Shown piece by piece: positions 9,218 through 19,841 of a DNA stretch of 64,000 bases. Numbering within the stretch: position 1 is the first letter of the stretch; each line of letters opens with the position of its first letter. The notes under the pieces were generated by a model, which saw only the letters and a list, made by a program, of their open reading frames with translations, had not been told where the DNA came from and made no database searches. The position numbers were made by a program, and so were the translations under genes. The stretch comes from Candidatus Latescibacterota bacterium (lineage in GTDB: Bacteria; Latescibacterota; UBA2968): the NCBI GenBank assembly GCA_965208125.1, contig OZ242320.1:512001-576000 (forward strand), in the 5' to 3' direction.

Positions 9218-11410
9218 TCAAAACTGATATTCCCGCTTAGTCTTTTTAGGTTGACTGGGAGTCGGCAAAGACTGCGGATTCGAAGTATGTATGTGACACG
9301 GGCGTTTGGGTTCAGTACCCGGCTTAAACACCTCCGTATAGCGCTTAGAACAATAAATAGACGCCACTTCATAAGTATCGCCACAAACCTCCACCTCTGG
9401 AATATCCTCCGGCAACACAAAATCTTCAACCGGCAACTGAAGTACCGTGTGCGCGCGCCACATAAACTCCGCCCAAATCGGCAACGCCACAGCCGCGCCC
9501 GTCATTCGTCTGCCCATCGACACCTTGGAATCAAACCCCACCCACACCCCACACACAATCTGCGGCGTAAACCCGATAAACCACGCATCGGCATACTCCT
9601 GCGTTGTCCCCGTCTTTCCCGCGGCGGGACGACGAAATCCATAAGCCGTGCGCGCACTCCGCCCCGTACCCGTCAAAACCGCGTAATTTTCACCCGCCCG
9701 CATATCCAGAATCGACTGCATCAGATTCACAGTCACAGCCGCAGTCTCCTCGCTCAACACAACCTGTTCGCGTCCCTGTATATTCTCCTCGAGCACATTG
9801 CCATTCTTATCCTCAATCTTCAAAATCGACATCGGCGTCACGCGAATACCCTTATTCGCCAGCGTCCCATAAGCCGACGCCAATTCCAACAACTCGACCT
9901 CACTCGTCCCCATCCCCAAAGATAAAACCGGTTGAATCTGCGAATCAATCCCCATCTTCATCGCGTAATCCACCGCCGTCTTCGGTCCCACTGCTTGCAA
10001 CACCTGAGTCGTCACCACATTGCGAGAACCGGCAAGCCCCTCGCGCATCGTCATCCACCCCAAAAATTTTCGGTCGTAATTCTCCGGCTGCCAATACGTC
10101 CCGTCATACATCTTAATCGACACAGCTGTATCGGGTAACCGCCACGTCGGCGTATGGCCCTCATCAACCGCAGCCGTATAAATAAAAGGCTTAAAAGAAG
10201 ACCCCGGCTGACGCATAGCCTGCGTTGCGCGATTGAACTTACTCTCTTCAAAATTGCGCCCGCCCACCATCGCCAGAATATGTCCCGTATGCGGATCCAG
10301 CGCCACCAGCGCCCCCTGCAACACCAGATTGGCCAGCGTATCCTCATGCGTCTTAATCTTCGCAAAAAATGCCGCCCCCGGGGGATCGCGCTTCCAATTG
10401 TCAGCCACGCGATCTTTCAGCCGCCCCATCAAATTGCTCGACACCACATCTTCCGCGACCTCTTGCAACCGACTATCCAGCGTCGTAGTAACAGTCGCGC
10501 CATCGTAAAGCACACTCAGCCCATAGGTATGCTCCAAATACTTGCGGATATCCTCTGTAAAATAAGGCGCTTCTCCCGTCTCCTCGCGATTCTCCTTCAA
10601 AACAATCGGACGCTGAGCAATCGAATCGTATTCCGCCGCCGTAATCCTACCCGACGCCCGCAAATTGTACAACACCACATTATTGCGCCTATCCAGCGAG
10701 CGCTCGGGATGATAAATCGGCGAATAGGGCGTCGGCCCCTTCAAAAGCCCGACCAACAACGCACCCTCCTCCAGCGTCAAACGCTCCACATCCTTCCCAA
10801 AAAAACGACGCGTAGCAGTCTGAATACCATAAGCACTATTGCCAAAATACATCTGATTAAAATACATCGTAATAATTTCGCGCTTGGTATAGGTGCGCTC
10901 CAAAAGCACGGCAGTCATCTGCTCCTGAATTTTGCGCTTCCACGTTGGATCCAGCGTCAAAAAAATATTGCGCGCCAGTTGTTGTGTCAGCGTACTCGCA
11001 CCGTGTCCCTTTAAGGTACCCGACGTATAAACATTGCGGAACACCACGCGGATAATATCGGGAACACTCACACCCCAATGCCCCCAAAAACGCTGATCTT
11101 CCGTGACAATCAGAGCGTCAATCACAGCGCTCGGCAATTGCTCAAACGCAATGGGATCGCGCCTCTGCACCCAGAACTTCTTCAACTCCACCCCATCTCG
11201 AGAAAAAATATTAGTCGTCTGCGCGGGATCCACATCCTCTAACTTATCAAAAGACGGCAAGCCATCTTTGTACCCATAAATCACCGCAACAGCAATGCCC
11301 AAATACCCCACCACACAAATCGCACAATAGATCGCCATACGGGAAAGATGGGGCCTTATCCCGTAGATTATCTGATCGATATAGGGTCTTATCTTATCTA
11401 TCTTGATCAT
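9218..11410 (-). CDS. mrcA: Class A penicillin-binding protein 1A
   Basis: N-terminal TM; GT motifs EDQRF and GASTLTQQ; TP motifs SSFK, SRN, KTGT. Confidence 0.92.
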   Translation of the reverse strand: MIKIDKIRPYIDQIIYGIRPHLSRMAIYCAICVVGYLGIAVAVIYGYKDGLPSFDKLEDVDPAQTTNIFSRDGVELKKFWVQRRDPIAFEQLPSAVIDALIVTEDQRFWGHWGVSVPDIIRVVFRNVYTSGTLKGHGASTLTQQLARNIFLTLDPTWKRKIQEQMTAVLLERTYTKREIITMYFNQMYFGNSAYGIQTATRRFFGKDVERLTLEEGALLVGLLKGPTPYSPIYHPERSLDRRNNVVLYNLRASGRITAAEYDSIAQRPIVLKENREETGEAPYFTEDIRKYLEHTYGLSVLYDGATVTTTLDSRLQEVAEDVVSSNLMGRLKDRVADNWKRDPPGAAFFAKIKTHEDTLANLVLQGALVALDPHTGHILAMVGGRNFEESKFNRATQAMRQPGSSFKPFIYTAAVDEGHTPTWRLPDTAVSIKMYDGTYWQPENYDRKFLGWMTMREGLAGSRNVVTTQVLQAVGPKTAVDYAMKMGIDSQIQPVLSLGMGTSEVELLELASAYGTLANKGIRVTPMSILKIEDKNGNVLEENIQGREQVVLSEETAAVTVNLMQSILDMRAGENYAVLTGTGRSARTAYGFRRPAAGKTGTTQEYADAWFIGFTPQIVCGVWVGFDSKVSMGRRMTGAAVALPIWAEFMWRAHTVLQLPVEDFVLPEDIPEVEVCGDTYEVASIYCSKRYTEVFKPGTEPKRPCHIHTSNPQSLPTPSQPKKTKREYQF

Positions 11411-11416
11411 CCTGAT

Positions 11417-13024
11417 CTATTCCGGATAAAGCCACGGTACGCGGCTGATGAGATAATCGCGCTGTTCCTCCATCATCACCTCAATCACAGCAGGACCTTC
11501 CAAACCCAGCGTATCCGCAAAAACCGCTTCAAAACGATCGGGATCATCCACGCGGATACCCCTTGCACCCAGTGATCGCGCCAGATCTGCAAGACGAGGC
11601 GTCTTCATATCCGTATCGATCACCCGACCATCAAAAGCCTTTGCCTGCGCGCCGCGAATCGCCGAAAGACTGCCATCATTGGAAACAACCGAAATCGTCC
11701 CAATACCGTGTTCGGCCGCAGTAGCGAGTTCACTCGCCGTCATCTGAAACCCGCCATCGCCACAAAACGCGACAACCTCCTGATCTGGACACGCGAGCTT
11801 CGCGCCAATAGCAGCGGGAACAGCAAACCCCAGCGTAACCGAATGACTGGGATAGAGAAACGTACGCGGAATAGTAATCGGATACTCGTCAAACGCGCGA
11901 TACCCAATAGACGTAACATCCACCACAATAATCGTATCCTCTGGAAGCGAACTGCGCGTAACGCCCATAATCGGCACCGGCGCGCGATTGGACGCGGCCT
12001 CGGCCCGCGTGCGATCAATAAAATCGTCCCAGTCAGCCGCATAACCAGCCGCCACATCGGCGAGTTGGGGAATCGATTGCGCCAGATCACCCGAAGCACC
12101 CACCTCAATCGGATACTCGCGCCCAAGCTCTCGCGGATCGGGATCGAGTTGAACCTTGCGATCCGGCAGCGGAAGCGACCAGCTCCGCGTATCGATCTGC
12201 GTAAAGCGACAGCCAATCGCCAGCAGCAAATCCGCCCTACCGAGAATGGCCTTACCCGCCTGCGCCGAACAATGCCCCACAGTCAGGGGATGACCATCTG
12301 GCATAACCCCCTTCCCCAAACGGGAATAAACAACTGGAATATTGAGCCCCTCTGCGAGAGAACGGAGCGCATCGGTAGCATTGGCGTGAATAACCGCACT
12401 ACCCGCCAGAATAACTGGACGCTTCGCCGTGCGCAGCACCGCAGCCACGCGATCAATATCCACACTATCGGGACAAAGGCAATCCCCCTCAACCACAGGT
12501 GGAATATCCGCCATACCCTCCTCTGCGGCCACATCGGTCGGTATTTCAATAACTGCAGGACCGGGACGCGGGGCACGCAGTGCCTTGAACGCACCCACAA
12601 CAGCATCGGGAATTTCAGCAACAGACCTGGGACGCGCAAAAAAGTGCGTAATCGACTTAAAAAAAGTCTCCTGATCCAGACCGTGAAAACACTTGGCGCG
12701 ATCCCGCCCGTCAAAAGCAACCTCTGTCCCCCCGGTAATCAACAGCACGGGAACGCAATCCGTATGGGCATCTACCAGACCCGTAGAGGCATTTGTCGAA
12801 CCGGGACCCGGAACAGTAAGCGCGACACCAACGCGCCCAGACGCGCGCGCATACCCATTCGCAATCAGCGTCGCGCCCTGTTCGTGGCGGATGAGCAGAT
12901 GGCGAATACCACCAGCGCGCAGCACCGCGTCGTAAAGATGAATATTCTGATTGCCGGGCATACCCGTAAGCGTATCAACGCCCTGCGCTTTCAGACTCTG
13001 GATAAGTACATCAGCACCGGTCAT
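11417..13024 (-). CDS. Thiamine pyrophosphate-binding enzyme (acetolactate synthase-like)
   Basis: RHEQGA, GPGSTN and GDGGF...SNDG motifs. Confidence 0.88.
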   Translation of the reverse strand: MTGADVLIQSLKAQGVDTLTGMPGNQNIHLYDAVLRAGGIRHLLIRHEQGATLIANGYARASGRVGVALTVPGPGSTNASTGLVDAHTDCVPVLLITGGTEVAFDGRDRAKCFHGLDQETFFKSITHFFARPRSVAEIPDAVVGAFKALRAPRPGPAVIEIPTDVAAEEGMADIPPVVEGDCLCPDSVDIDRVAAVLRTAKRPVILAGSAVIHANATDALRSLAEGLNIPVVYSRLGKGVMPDGHPLTVGHCSAQAGKAILGRADLLLAIGCRFTQIDTRSWSLPLPDRKVQLDPDPRELGREYPIEVGASGDLAQSIPQLADVAAGYAADWDDFIDRTRAEAASNRAPVPIMGVTRSSLPEDTIIVVDVTSIGYRAFDEYPITIPRTFLYPSHSVTLGFAVPAAIGAKLACPDQEVVAFCGDGGFQMTASELATAAEHGIGTISVVSNDGSLSAIRGAQAKAFDGRVIDTDMKTPRLADLARSLGARGIRVDDPDRFEAVFADTLGLEGPAVIEVMMEEQRDYLISRVPWLYPE

Positions 13025-13036
13025 AAAAAATTCCTT

Positions 13037-14122
13037 TCAACGCACAAAAAGATCGAAATATTCTGCAGCAGTCTTACCCCAGGTAAACTCAGAACGCACA
13101 TAATTGCGGGCTTCGCGTTCTATTTCCTCGCGCTCTGATGCAGACAACTGGAAAAATGCGTGAATCTGATCGACAAACGCCTGGTAATCATTTGGCGGAA
13201 TCAGATACCCCCCCTTGCTAACACTCTCCGTAAGAGCATCCACAGCAAAAGCGACAACGGGCGTAGCATCGTACATACATTCGAGAGGAGCGATACCAAA
13301 TCCCTCCACATCGTTGGGATAGGGCACATTGGGCATAATAAACAAATCGGCTTCGCGCCTGACAAAACCCAATTCTTCATCGCTAAGATAAAGCAGCAAC
13401 ACCCGATCTTGAAGACCATTTTCTTCCCAAATCTCGCGAATGCGCTCGGCATCTGGGCCAGAACCGCTAACGATCAATTTGATATCTCGATCGAGCAAAG
13501 GCACGCCGCATTCCAAAAATTTGGCCACGCCTTTTCGGGGCACTTGCCTGCCGAAATTTAGAAGAATTTTGTCCCGTCCAAATTGAATACCGTGTTTGTC
13601 CTCAAATCGCGCCTTGAGTGTCTCGCGCCGTACTTCGGGAATATTCGGCGGATCGATCCCGTTATAGACAATATCAATCTTTTCAGCAGACACGCCCCCC
13701 TGAATAGTAATCGCCCTGGTAATTTGACTAACGACAGCCACCCTGTCGCAAAACGAAACACCACAACGCATCATGCGGCTAAATATCGGATTGGAATACG
13801 TCATTTCCAATCCGTGAATCGTCACCACAAAACGCATGCGCGTAAACAGCCTTAGAAATGGCGCAATAGAACAAATCACACCATCGCTAAAATAAATTGC
13901 ATCCACCCGCCTGAAAATAATAGAAAAAAAAGAAATAAAAAACGCATAAGGCACAAACCAGATAAGATGCAAAAGCGAGTCTCTACCCAATGCGACCAGT
14001 CTTACCGAACACATCTCAACCAAGCGGTAATAGAGATTATAACAAAACGTCTCCACACCACCCACACTGGGCGGATAGCGGCGCGCGAGAAAAAGGATGC
14101 GGAAATTATTTGAAGAAGACAT
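13037..14122 (-). CDS. Glycosyltransferase family 4
   Basis: YPPSVGGVE, RKG, EGFGIAPLE. Confidence 0.9.
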   Translation of the reverse strand: MSSSNNFRILFLARRYPPSVGGVETFCYNLYYRLVEMCSVRLVALGRDSLLHLIWFVPYAFFISFFSIIFRRVDAIYFSDGVICSIAPFLRLFTRMRFVVTIHGLEMTYSNPIFSRMMRCGVSFCDRVAVVSQITRAITIQGGVSAEKIDIVYNGIDPPNIPEVRRETLKARFEDKHGIQFGRDKILLNFGRQVPRKGVAKFLECGVPLLDRDIKLIVSGSGPDAERIREIWEENGLQDRVLLLYLSDEELGFVRREADLFIMPNVPYPNDVEGFGIAPLECMYDATPVVAFAVDALTESVSKGGYLIPPNDYQAFVDQIHAFFQLSASEREEIEREARNYVRSEFTWGKTAAEYFDLFVR

Positions 14123-14124
14123 AA

Positions 14125-15180
14125 CTATGCAAGATCCCCCTGCTCGTTGCGCTGGACGAGTTCTCGTTCTGCCCGCTCGCGGTCCGCAGTGTTTTCAAGC
14201 GGAAAAACAGTCGCGCCGGGACAGGGTTTGGGATACAAAAAGCGACTGGCACCGGCCTGCTTCATCGCCTCGACAACGGGTTTTGTGTCACACGCAAGCG
14301 CGATAATCGTGCCGCCACCCCCTGCGCCAGCGAGCTTCGCGCCCAGTGCGCCACCATCCAATGCAGCCTGAATCAGCCGCTCATTTTCCGGACCCGATCC
14401 CCCCAGATCGCGCTGAATCTCGTGGTTCTCAATCATAAGCGCGCCCAGATGCGCCCAATCTTTGGCGAGAATCGCGCGTTTGCCCATACGCGCCAGATGG
14501 GCAATCCGCAAATAACAACGCCTGACCTCTCTATCGCCCTCCAACCAGCGCTCTCGAATCGGCAGATGAACAGTACCCGACGAACGCTGGACACCCGTAT
14601 GCCCCAACACAAAAGGATAATCCTCGACATATTCGTGGAGCGGTTCAACAGTCGCATAAGGTTCATCGCCAAATGCGCGGTAAAACTGCTTGCCATTAAA
14701 ATCCATATAATTCAAACCGCCAAACATGCACATATACGCATCTTGATACCCGCATAAAGCCATATAGTTCAATTCAATATGTCGCGCCATCTCAGCGCAA
14801 AAAAAAGGATGCTCGTCGCGTCCTATAAATGCAAAAATCGCATTGAGAATAGACACACTCATAGCCGACGAACTGGAAAGCCCGGCGGCAAAGGGCACAT
14901 TGCACGCCCAGCGCAGAGAAAATTTCGCACTGCCGAGATCCAAAAAATGGACAATAGCCCTGGCCACATCAAAATAGCCGCCATCCGGATACAGATCTTC
15001 GGGGCGATGCACTTCAAAGCGCTGCCCGGCAACCTCAAAACTGAGCACATCGGCAGGCTCAATCAGAACCGCGGCGCGTTCTCGCGTCGAACACGAAATA
15101 ACACTGCCGCCGTACATATCGGTGGGATTTCCAATAATGCCACAGCGCCCCGGGGCAGTGGAAAGAAACGCAGAGGTCAT
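14125..15180 (-). CDS. GHMP family sugar kinase (glucuronokinase-like)
   Basis: PGRCGIIGNPTD, PFAAGLSSSSA, GYQD, AKLAGAGGGG. Confidence 0.85.
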   Translation of the reverse strand: MTSAFLSTAPGRCGIIGNPTDMYGGSVISCSTRERAAVLIEPADVLSFEVAGQRFEVHRPEDLYPDGGYFDVARAIVHFLDLGSAKFSLRWACNVPFAAGLSSSSAMSVSILNAIFAFIGRDEHPFFCAEMARHIELNYMALCGYQDAYMCMFGGLNYMDFNGKQFYRAFGDEPYATVEPLHEYVEDYPFVLGHTGVQRSSGTVHLPIRERWLEGDREVRRCYLRIAHLARMGKRAILAKDWAHLGALMIENHEIQRDLGGSGPENERLIQAALDGGALGAKLAGAGGGGTIIALACDTKPVVEAMKQAGASRFLYPKPCPGATVFPLENTADRERAERELVQRNEQGDLA

Positions 15181-16100
15181 TAGAATTGTCTCAGGCGCTT
15201 TTGCAGGTACTGGCGGATAAGGTACCCATAGCGCTGATCAAAGAGAGTAAAATCGATGAAAGATTTAAAATACGATTCAAAATCGCCGATATCATAGCGC
15301 AATTCTTCGGGATACAACTTGATACAGCGAACAGTATGTCCCATTTTGATAAGCGTCGAAATCGCATCTGTCAGCTCGAGCTTGCCCCTGTAACTGGGAG
15401 ATGTGCGTTTGAGAGCGGTAAAAATTTCGGGATTAAAAATATAACGCGCGGCCACGCCGAGATTGCTCGGTGCATTTTCCGGGGCGGGCTTCTCCACAAT
15501 ATGTGCGATTTCAAAATCGTCTTCAGACTCACCGTTCACAGGCTCGACAATACCATAATGGTTTTCTTCGCCCTGAGGCACTTCGACAACCGCAATAGTA
15601 CAACTGGACCCATTTTCTCGGTGCGATTTGATCATCCGCCGCACGAGACCCGCATGATTGCCCGACTTGATAATCGTATCGCCAAACGCAACCACAAAAG
15701 GCTCACCTGCAACAAAATCTTCAGCCCTGCTAATGGCATCCCCTATACCCCCGGGCGTAATATGCCCGGTGGGAATAATTTGTCGCGTATAAAAAAATTT
15801 AACCCCTTCTCTTTCGTAATCAAGCTCATCAAGTGTGTGATCGCTCTCCGAGAGATAATTCTGCAATTCCGGATCTCGGTCAAAGTGATCTTCTATCGTG
15901 CGCTTGTCCTTTCCCGTCACAAAAAGTATCTTCTTTAACCCTTGCTCAACCACCTCTTCAACCACATACTGAACCACGGGTTTTCGCCCCACGGGCAACA
16001 TCTCCTTGGGCTGAGACTTGGTGGCGGGCAACAGACTCGTGCCCAATCCAGCAACCGGAATAACGACTTTTTCAATCTCCATAGCGCGATGTTCCTCCAA
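15180..16100 (-). CDS. galU: UTP--sugar-1-phosphate uridylyltransferase (GalU-like)
   Basis: VIPVAGLGT..LPATKSQPKEMLPV, IVEKP, ELTDAI. Confidence 0.82.
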   Translation of the reverse strand: MEEHRAMEIEKVVIPVAGLGTSLLPATKSQPKEMLPVGRKPVVQYVVEEVVEQGLKKILFVTGKDKRTIEDHFDRDPELQNYLSESDHTLDELDYEREGVKFFYTRQIIPTGHITPGGIGDAISRAEDFVAGEPFVVAFGDTIIKSGNHAGLVRRMIKSHRENGSSCTIAVVEVPQGEENHYGIVEPVNGESEDDFEIAHIVEKPAPENAPSNLGVAARYIFNPEIFTALKRTSPSYRGKLELTDAISTLIKMGHTVRCIKLYPEELRYDIGDFESYFKSFIDFTLFDQRYGYLIRQYLQKRLRQF

Positions 16101-16111
16101 ATGCCAAACGC

Positions 16112-16140
16112 TTGACAGAGTGCAATTTGTCCTTTAGAAT
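16112..16140 (+). promoter_or_regulatory. sigma70 promoter
   Basis: TTGACA-17bp-TAGAAT. Confidence 0.65.
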
Positions 16141-16195
16141 ATCAGTAAAAAATAACAGGAGAAACTTGTAGAACGCAAGGTAAAAGAACTTCATC

Positions 16196-17155
16196 ATGTT
16201 AAACAAACAAATAACAGACTCTCGCGCGTGGACTTCTGAGACAATTGATGCGCCTTCTGACTGGTATTACACCTTATCCGAACGCTATTTATCTGCTCTC
16301 GATAGCGGAGTGCAAAAACATGCGGGCGCAATCTCTGATCTACGCGTTCCCGACACCATCGCCTGTGCATCGTGTCTCCAGCCCGTTCTGGACGCATTGC
16401 ACACCGGACGCGGATTTGCCATCATCGAGCACTTGCCTGTCGAACATTACACGCTGGACGAAGCGCGAGCCGCATATTGGATGATCGGGCAATGTTTGGG
16501 CGTACCCTTTGAACAAAATATTGAAGGCACACTACTCTACGATGTGCGGGACACCGGGCGAGATGTAAAAACGGGCGCGCGTTTTTCTGTAACCAATGCA
16601 GAAAGTTCTTTTCACACAGATGGCGCATTCGGAACACAAGTACCCGAAATAGTCGGCCTGTTATGTATCAAAACCGCGCGGTCGGGTGGGCGCAGTCAAC
16701 TGATCAGTGCCTGTGCAGTACACAATATATTACACCGACAAGCGCCCGATGTTCTAAACACACTTTACTCATCTTTCTATTTTGATCGACGGGGGCAATT
16801 TCTCCAGAGCGAAGCACCTGTAAAAAAAACCCCTGTGTTTTCCTGGGATAAACAAACACTAATGATGCGCTACCTGCATTATTATATCCAGGAGGGACAT
16901 CGAGAAGCAGGAGTGCCACTCACATCGGAACAAAAGCGCGCACTACAAGCCATTGAAGACATATTAAAGCGTCCCGAAATGTGCGTGGAATTTGATCTCG
17001 CACCCGGACAAATGCTATTTACCAACAACAACTGGATCCTGCACAATCGAACGGCATTTGAAGACCATTCAGACCCGGACCAAAGACGGCATTACGTGCG
17101 CCTTTGGTTGATGCAAAAGGACAATGTAGATGGCTGCATTGAGAACCGCGATTGA
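16196..17155 (+). CDS. TauD/TfdA family Fe/2-oxoglutarate dioxygenase
   Basis: FHTD...LHNRTAF...RHYVRLW. Confidence 0.9.
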   Translation: MLNKQITDSRAWTSETIDAPSDWYYTLSERYLSALDSGVQKHAGAISDLRVPDTIACASCLQPVLDALHTGRGFAIIEHLPVEHYTLDEARAAYWMIGQCLGVPFEQNIEGTLLYDVRDTGRDVKTGARFSVTNAESSFHTDGAFGTQVPEIVGLLCIKTARSGGRSQLISACAVHNILHRQAPDVLNTLYSSFYFDRRGQFLQSEAPVKKTPVFSWDKQTLMMRYLHYYIQEGHREAGVPLTSEQKRALQAIEDILKRPEMCVEFDLAPGQMLFTNNNWILHNRTAFEDHSDPDQRRHYVRLWLMQKDNVDGCIENRD

Positions 17156-18254
17156 AGACCGCAAAAGCCGGTGGCAGCTCAGCCTGTTGTTGGGCGAGCA
17201 GGCTGTCAGTGGTCTCGGTGTGGTAAAAAAACACATGCAGATCGATTCTGCTGTTGTGAAAATGGGTGGCATTGCTGGTGTATGGACGGATATCAATCAT
17301 CGCCGGAAAGGATATGCCAGTCAGGCCATGTGGGAATCAATTGCATTGATGGAGCACCAGGGCTGCGACATGAGCATTTTGTTTGGTATTGACGATTTTT
17401 ACCATCGATATGGGTATGCCGTGGTATTTGCCAATCAGTCTATGTGGTTGAAAACATCGCAATTATTGTCGCTGAACGGCCCTTTGAAAGCGCGGAGAGG
17501 GCGCAGGGCTGATCACGAGGCAATGCGCCGATTGTACAGAAATTACAATGCCGCGCGCTCAGGCATGGACGCACGTCAAAAGAACTGGAAGCCGAGATGG
17601 TATATGCCAGGCCTGGGCAAAGATACGGTTCGCCGTGCGGGAAAATTTCTGGTGGTGTATGACGCTCGGGACCGGGTGCGTGGATATGCAGTTTACGACA
17701 TACAAGCGGGGCGCACTGTGGTAGCAGAAGTGTGCGGCAAGGACCGCGAAGCACTTGCCTCTGTTGGGAAAACCATCGCAAGACGAGCAAAACGTGCAGG
17801 CGCTGAAGAAGTACTCTTTCATCTGCCTTGCGATGATCCATTTATCTCGCTATGCATACCCCTGGGATGTGCGTGTTTGATCGCGTATCCGTTTAATCAA
17901 AGCGCAATGGGACGCATTATCCATCTGAATCGTCTGATGAAAAAATTGCTGCCCGTATTCCAAAAACGATGGGCGCACTCGGAATTGAATTGGACAGGTG
18001 AATTTGCCATTGATACGGACGTTGGGCGCGTGGGCTTCGAGATTTCCGGGTCGGATATTGTCATGGCCGATGTTGGTGGCCGCGCCCAGGTGTCAATGTC
18101 TCAAATGACGTTGACACAACTGGTAATGGGGTATCGACAGGTAGTAGATATTGCTTATAATGAGAAAATAAAAATATCCAGACAACTGCTACCCGTGCTG
18201 GATATCCTATTTCCCAAAGGCAATCCGTATATGTGGTGGACAGATCGATTTTAG
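17130..18254 (+). CDS. Eis-like double GNAT acetyltransferase with SCP2-like C-terminus
   Basis: GGIAGVWT..HRRKGYAS, FYHRYGY, LTQLVMG, C-terminal DRF. Confidence 0.85.
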   Translation: MAALRTAIEDRKSRWQLSLLLGEQAVSGLGVVKKHMQIDSAVVKMGGIAGVWTDINHRRKGYASQAMWESIALMEHQGCDMSILFGIDDFYHRYGYAVVFANQSMWLKTSQLLSLNGPLKARRGRRADHEAMRRLYRNYNAARSGMDARQKNWKPRWYMPGLGKDTVRRAGKFLVVYDARDRVRGYAVYDIQAGRTVVAEVCGKDREALASVGKTIARRAKRAGAEEVLFHLPCDDPFISLCIPLGCACLIAYPFNQSAMGRIIHLNRLMKKLLPVFQKRWAHSELNWTGEFAIDTDVGRVGFEISGSDIVMADVGGRAQVSMSQMTLTQLVMGYRQVVDIAYNEKIKISRQLLPVLDILFPKGNPYMWWTDRF

Positions 18255-18272
18255 ATAAGAAAGGAGAGAGCA

Positions 18273-19145
18273 ATGTCAACCTTCACAGTCGGCTTACTGA
18301 GTCCCGGCGATATGGGCCATGTCGTTGGACAGGTGGCGATTGCCAATGGCGCCCGGGTAATAACCTGCCTGAATGGCCGCAGCGAGCGCACGCGCAAACT
18401 CGCAGAAATAGCGGGAATCGAAGACGTGCCCACATATTCCGACCTCGTGCGCGAAGCTTCACTCGTAATATGCATTCTCGTCCCCGCAGCATCAGAATCG
18501 GTAGCCGCTCGCGTGGCTGACGCCCTGAAAGAAACGAATGAACAGATTGTATATACCGATTGCAATGCAATAGCCCCGGCAACCACTGTGCGCATTGGCA
18601 AAACAATTGAAAACGCGGACAGTGTATTTGTCGATGCGGGTATTATCGGCGGACCGCCGCGCCAGCCTGGGGGTACGCGGTTTTACTGTTCTGGCCCAGA
18701 CACATCGGTCTTTGAAAAACTGAACGATTACGGGCTGGACGTGCGAAAAGTAGGCGATGAAATCGGACAGGCGTCGGGATTGAAAATGTGCTATGCCGCG
18801 CAGACCAAAGGAACGACCGCGCTGCAAACAGAATTGCTCATCGCCGCGCGGCGCATGGGCCTGTACGAAGGATTGATCGCAGAGTGGGAAATGAGTCAGC
18901 AAGACCGGTTGGCGGGCATGGAGCGGGGCTTGCCGGGAATGCCGACCAAAGCAAAGCGGTGGATAGGCGAAATGGAAGAAATCGCCAAAACCTTCGGCGA
19001 TTTGGGACTCACGCCCAAAATATACGAAGGCGCTGCAGACATGTACCGACTCGTCAGCGAAACACCACTGGCAGACGAAGCACCTGAAACGCGAGACAGG
19101 AGCCGAACACTCGCGCAGGTCATCGATATTTTGTCTGAGGAATAA
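18273..19145 (+). CDS. NAD(P)-dependent oxidoreductase, DUF1932/6PGD-like
   Basis: SPGDMG, DCNAIAP, IIGGPP, ASGLKMCYA, RWIGEMEEIA. Confidence 0.85.
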   Translation: MSTFTVGLLSPGDMGHVVGQVAIANGARVITCLNGRSERTRKLAEIAGIEDVPTYSDLVREASLVICILVPAASESVAARVADALKETNEQIVYTDCNAIAPATTVRIGKTIENADSVFVDAGIIGGPPRQPGGTRFYCSGPDTSVFEKLNDYGLDVRKVGDEIGQASGLKMCYAAQTKGTTALQTELLIAARRMGLYEGLIAEWEMSQQDRLAGMERGLPGMPTKAKRWIGEMEEIAKTFGDLGLTPKIYEGAADMYRLVSETPLADEAPETRDRSRTLAQVIDILSEE

Positions 19146-19159
19146 AAAAGTAAATAGAT

Positions 19160-19390
19160 CTAAAGACTATTCCACTCTTGAGCAGAAATACCGCGTTCGA
19201 GCTTGTCTTCGACCTGAGCGAGCAATTTTCGCAATTGAGGAACAGAATAATCGTCGTTGCGGGGAATGACCTGCTTGTGAGATCCGAGACGCATCACAAA
19301 ATGACGCGTACCCGGTTCGGGAGGATCGAAACCGAGCACTCGAAGTTTTCGGACAAACTCTCTGCGTTTACACGGAAACCACCTATTCAT
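19160..19390 (-). CDS. hicA: HicA family toxin
   Basis: RKLRVLGF..GTRHFVM...VIP; 76 aa. Confidence 0.85.
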   Translation of the reverse strand: MNRWFPCKRREFVRKLRVLGFDPPEPGTRHFVMRLGSHKQVIPRNDDYSVPQLRKLLAQVEDKLERGISAQEWNSL

Positions 19391-19638
19391 TGGATTACTA
19401 CTGCCTGCGCATTAAGGTCAACACCATTAATAACAGGCAGTTCATCACCATGACGCAACGCAGAAAGAATCCAATCATGAAGTGCTGCCTTGAGTTCCTG
19501 ACGGCATTCTTCAAGTGTCTGTCCAAAAGCAATCGTCCCTGGACATTTGGGAATCTCTCCAAAGAATGAGTTATCATCCAACTCTTCATAGATGGCGTAT
19601 GTTAATGCCGCATTGATGTAATCCTGAACCATCCTCAT
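19387..19638 (-). CDS. hicB: HicB family antitoxin (short, no DNA-binding domain)
   Basis: GEIPKCPGTIAFGQTLEEC...GDELP; 4-nt overlap with hicA. Confidence 0.85.
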   Translation of the reverse strand: MRMVQDYINAALTYAIYEELDDNSFFGEIPKCPGTIAFGQTLEECRQELKAALHDWILSALRHGDELPVINGVDLNAQAVVIQ

Positions 19639-19767
19639 CTCCTTTGAAGTGTTTGGTAAGTTTACGCGATTTGTGAAGTGATAGCAAGGAATATCCCGTC
19701 TTCTATCAAATGTAGAAGGGGATTTTATTTTTTATTTATTTTTTATAAACATATGCCCAATGGTAAA

Positions 19768-19796
19768 TTGACTTTTCGATTGTGACAAGCTATATT
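19768..19796 (+). promoter_or_regulatory. sigma70 promoter
   Basis: TTGACT-17bp-TATATT. Confidence 0.6.
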
Positions 19797-19841
19797 ACGC
19801 GTTTTAAAAAATAGTGGGTAAATTTAAACCGGGAGATGTAA

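Noticed and set aside
11708-13138. Long antisense ORFs (also 83..730, 8367..9191, 10154..11014, 34570..35409, 59850..61307)
   Set aside because: Shadow frames opposite well-supported genes, with no recognisable motifs
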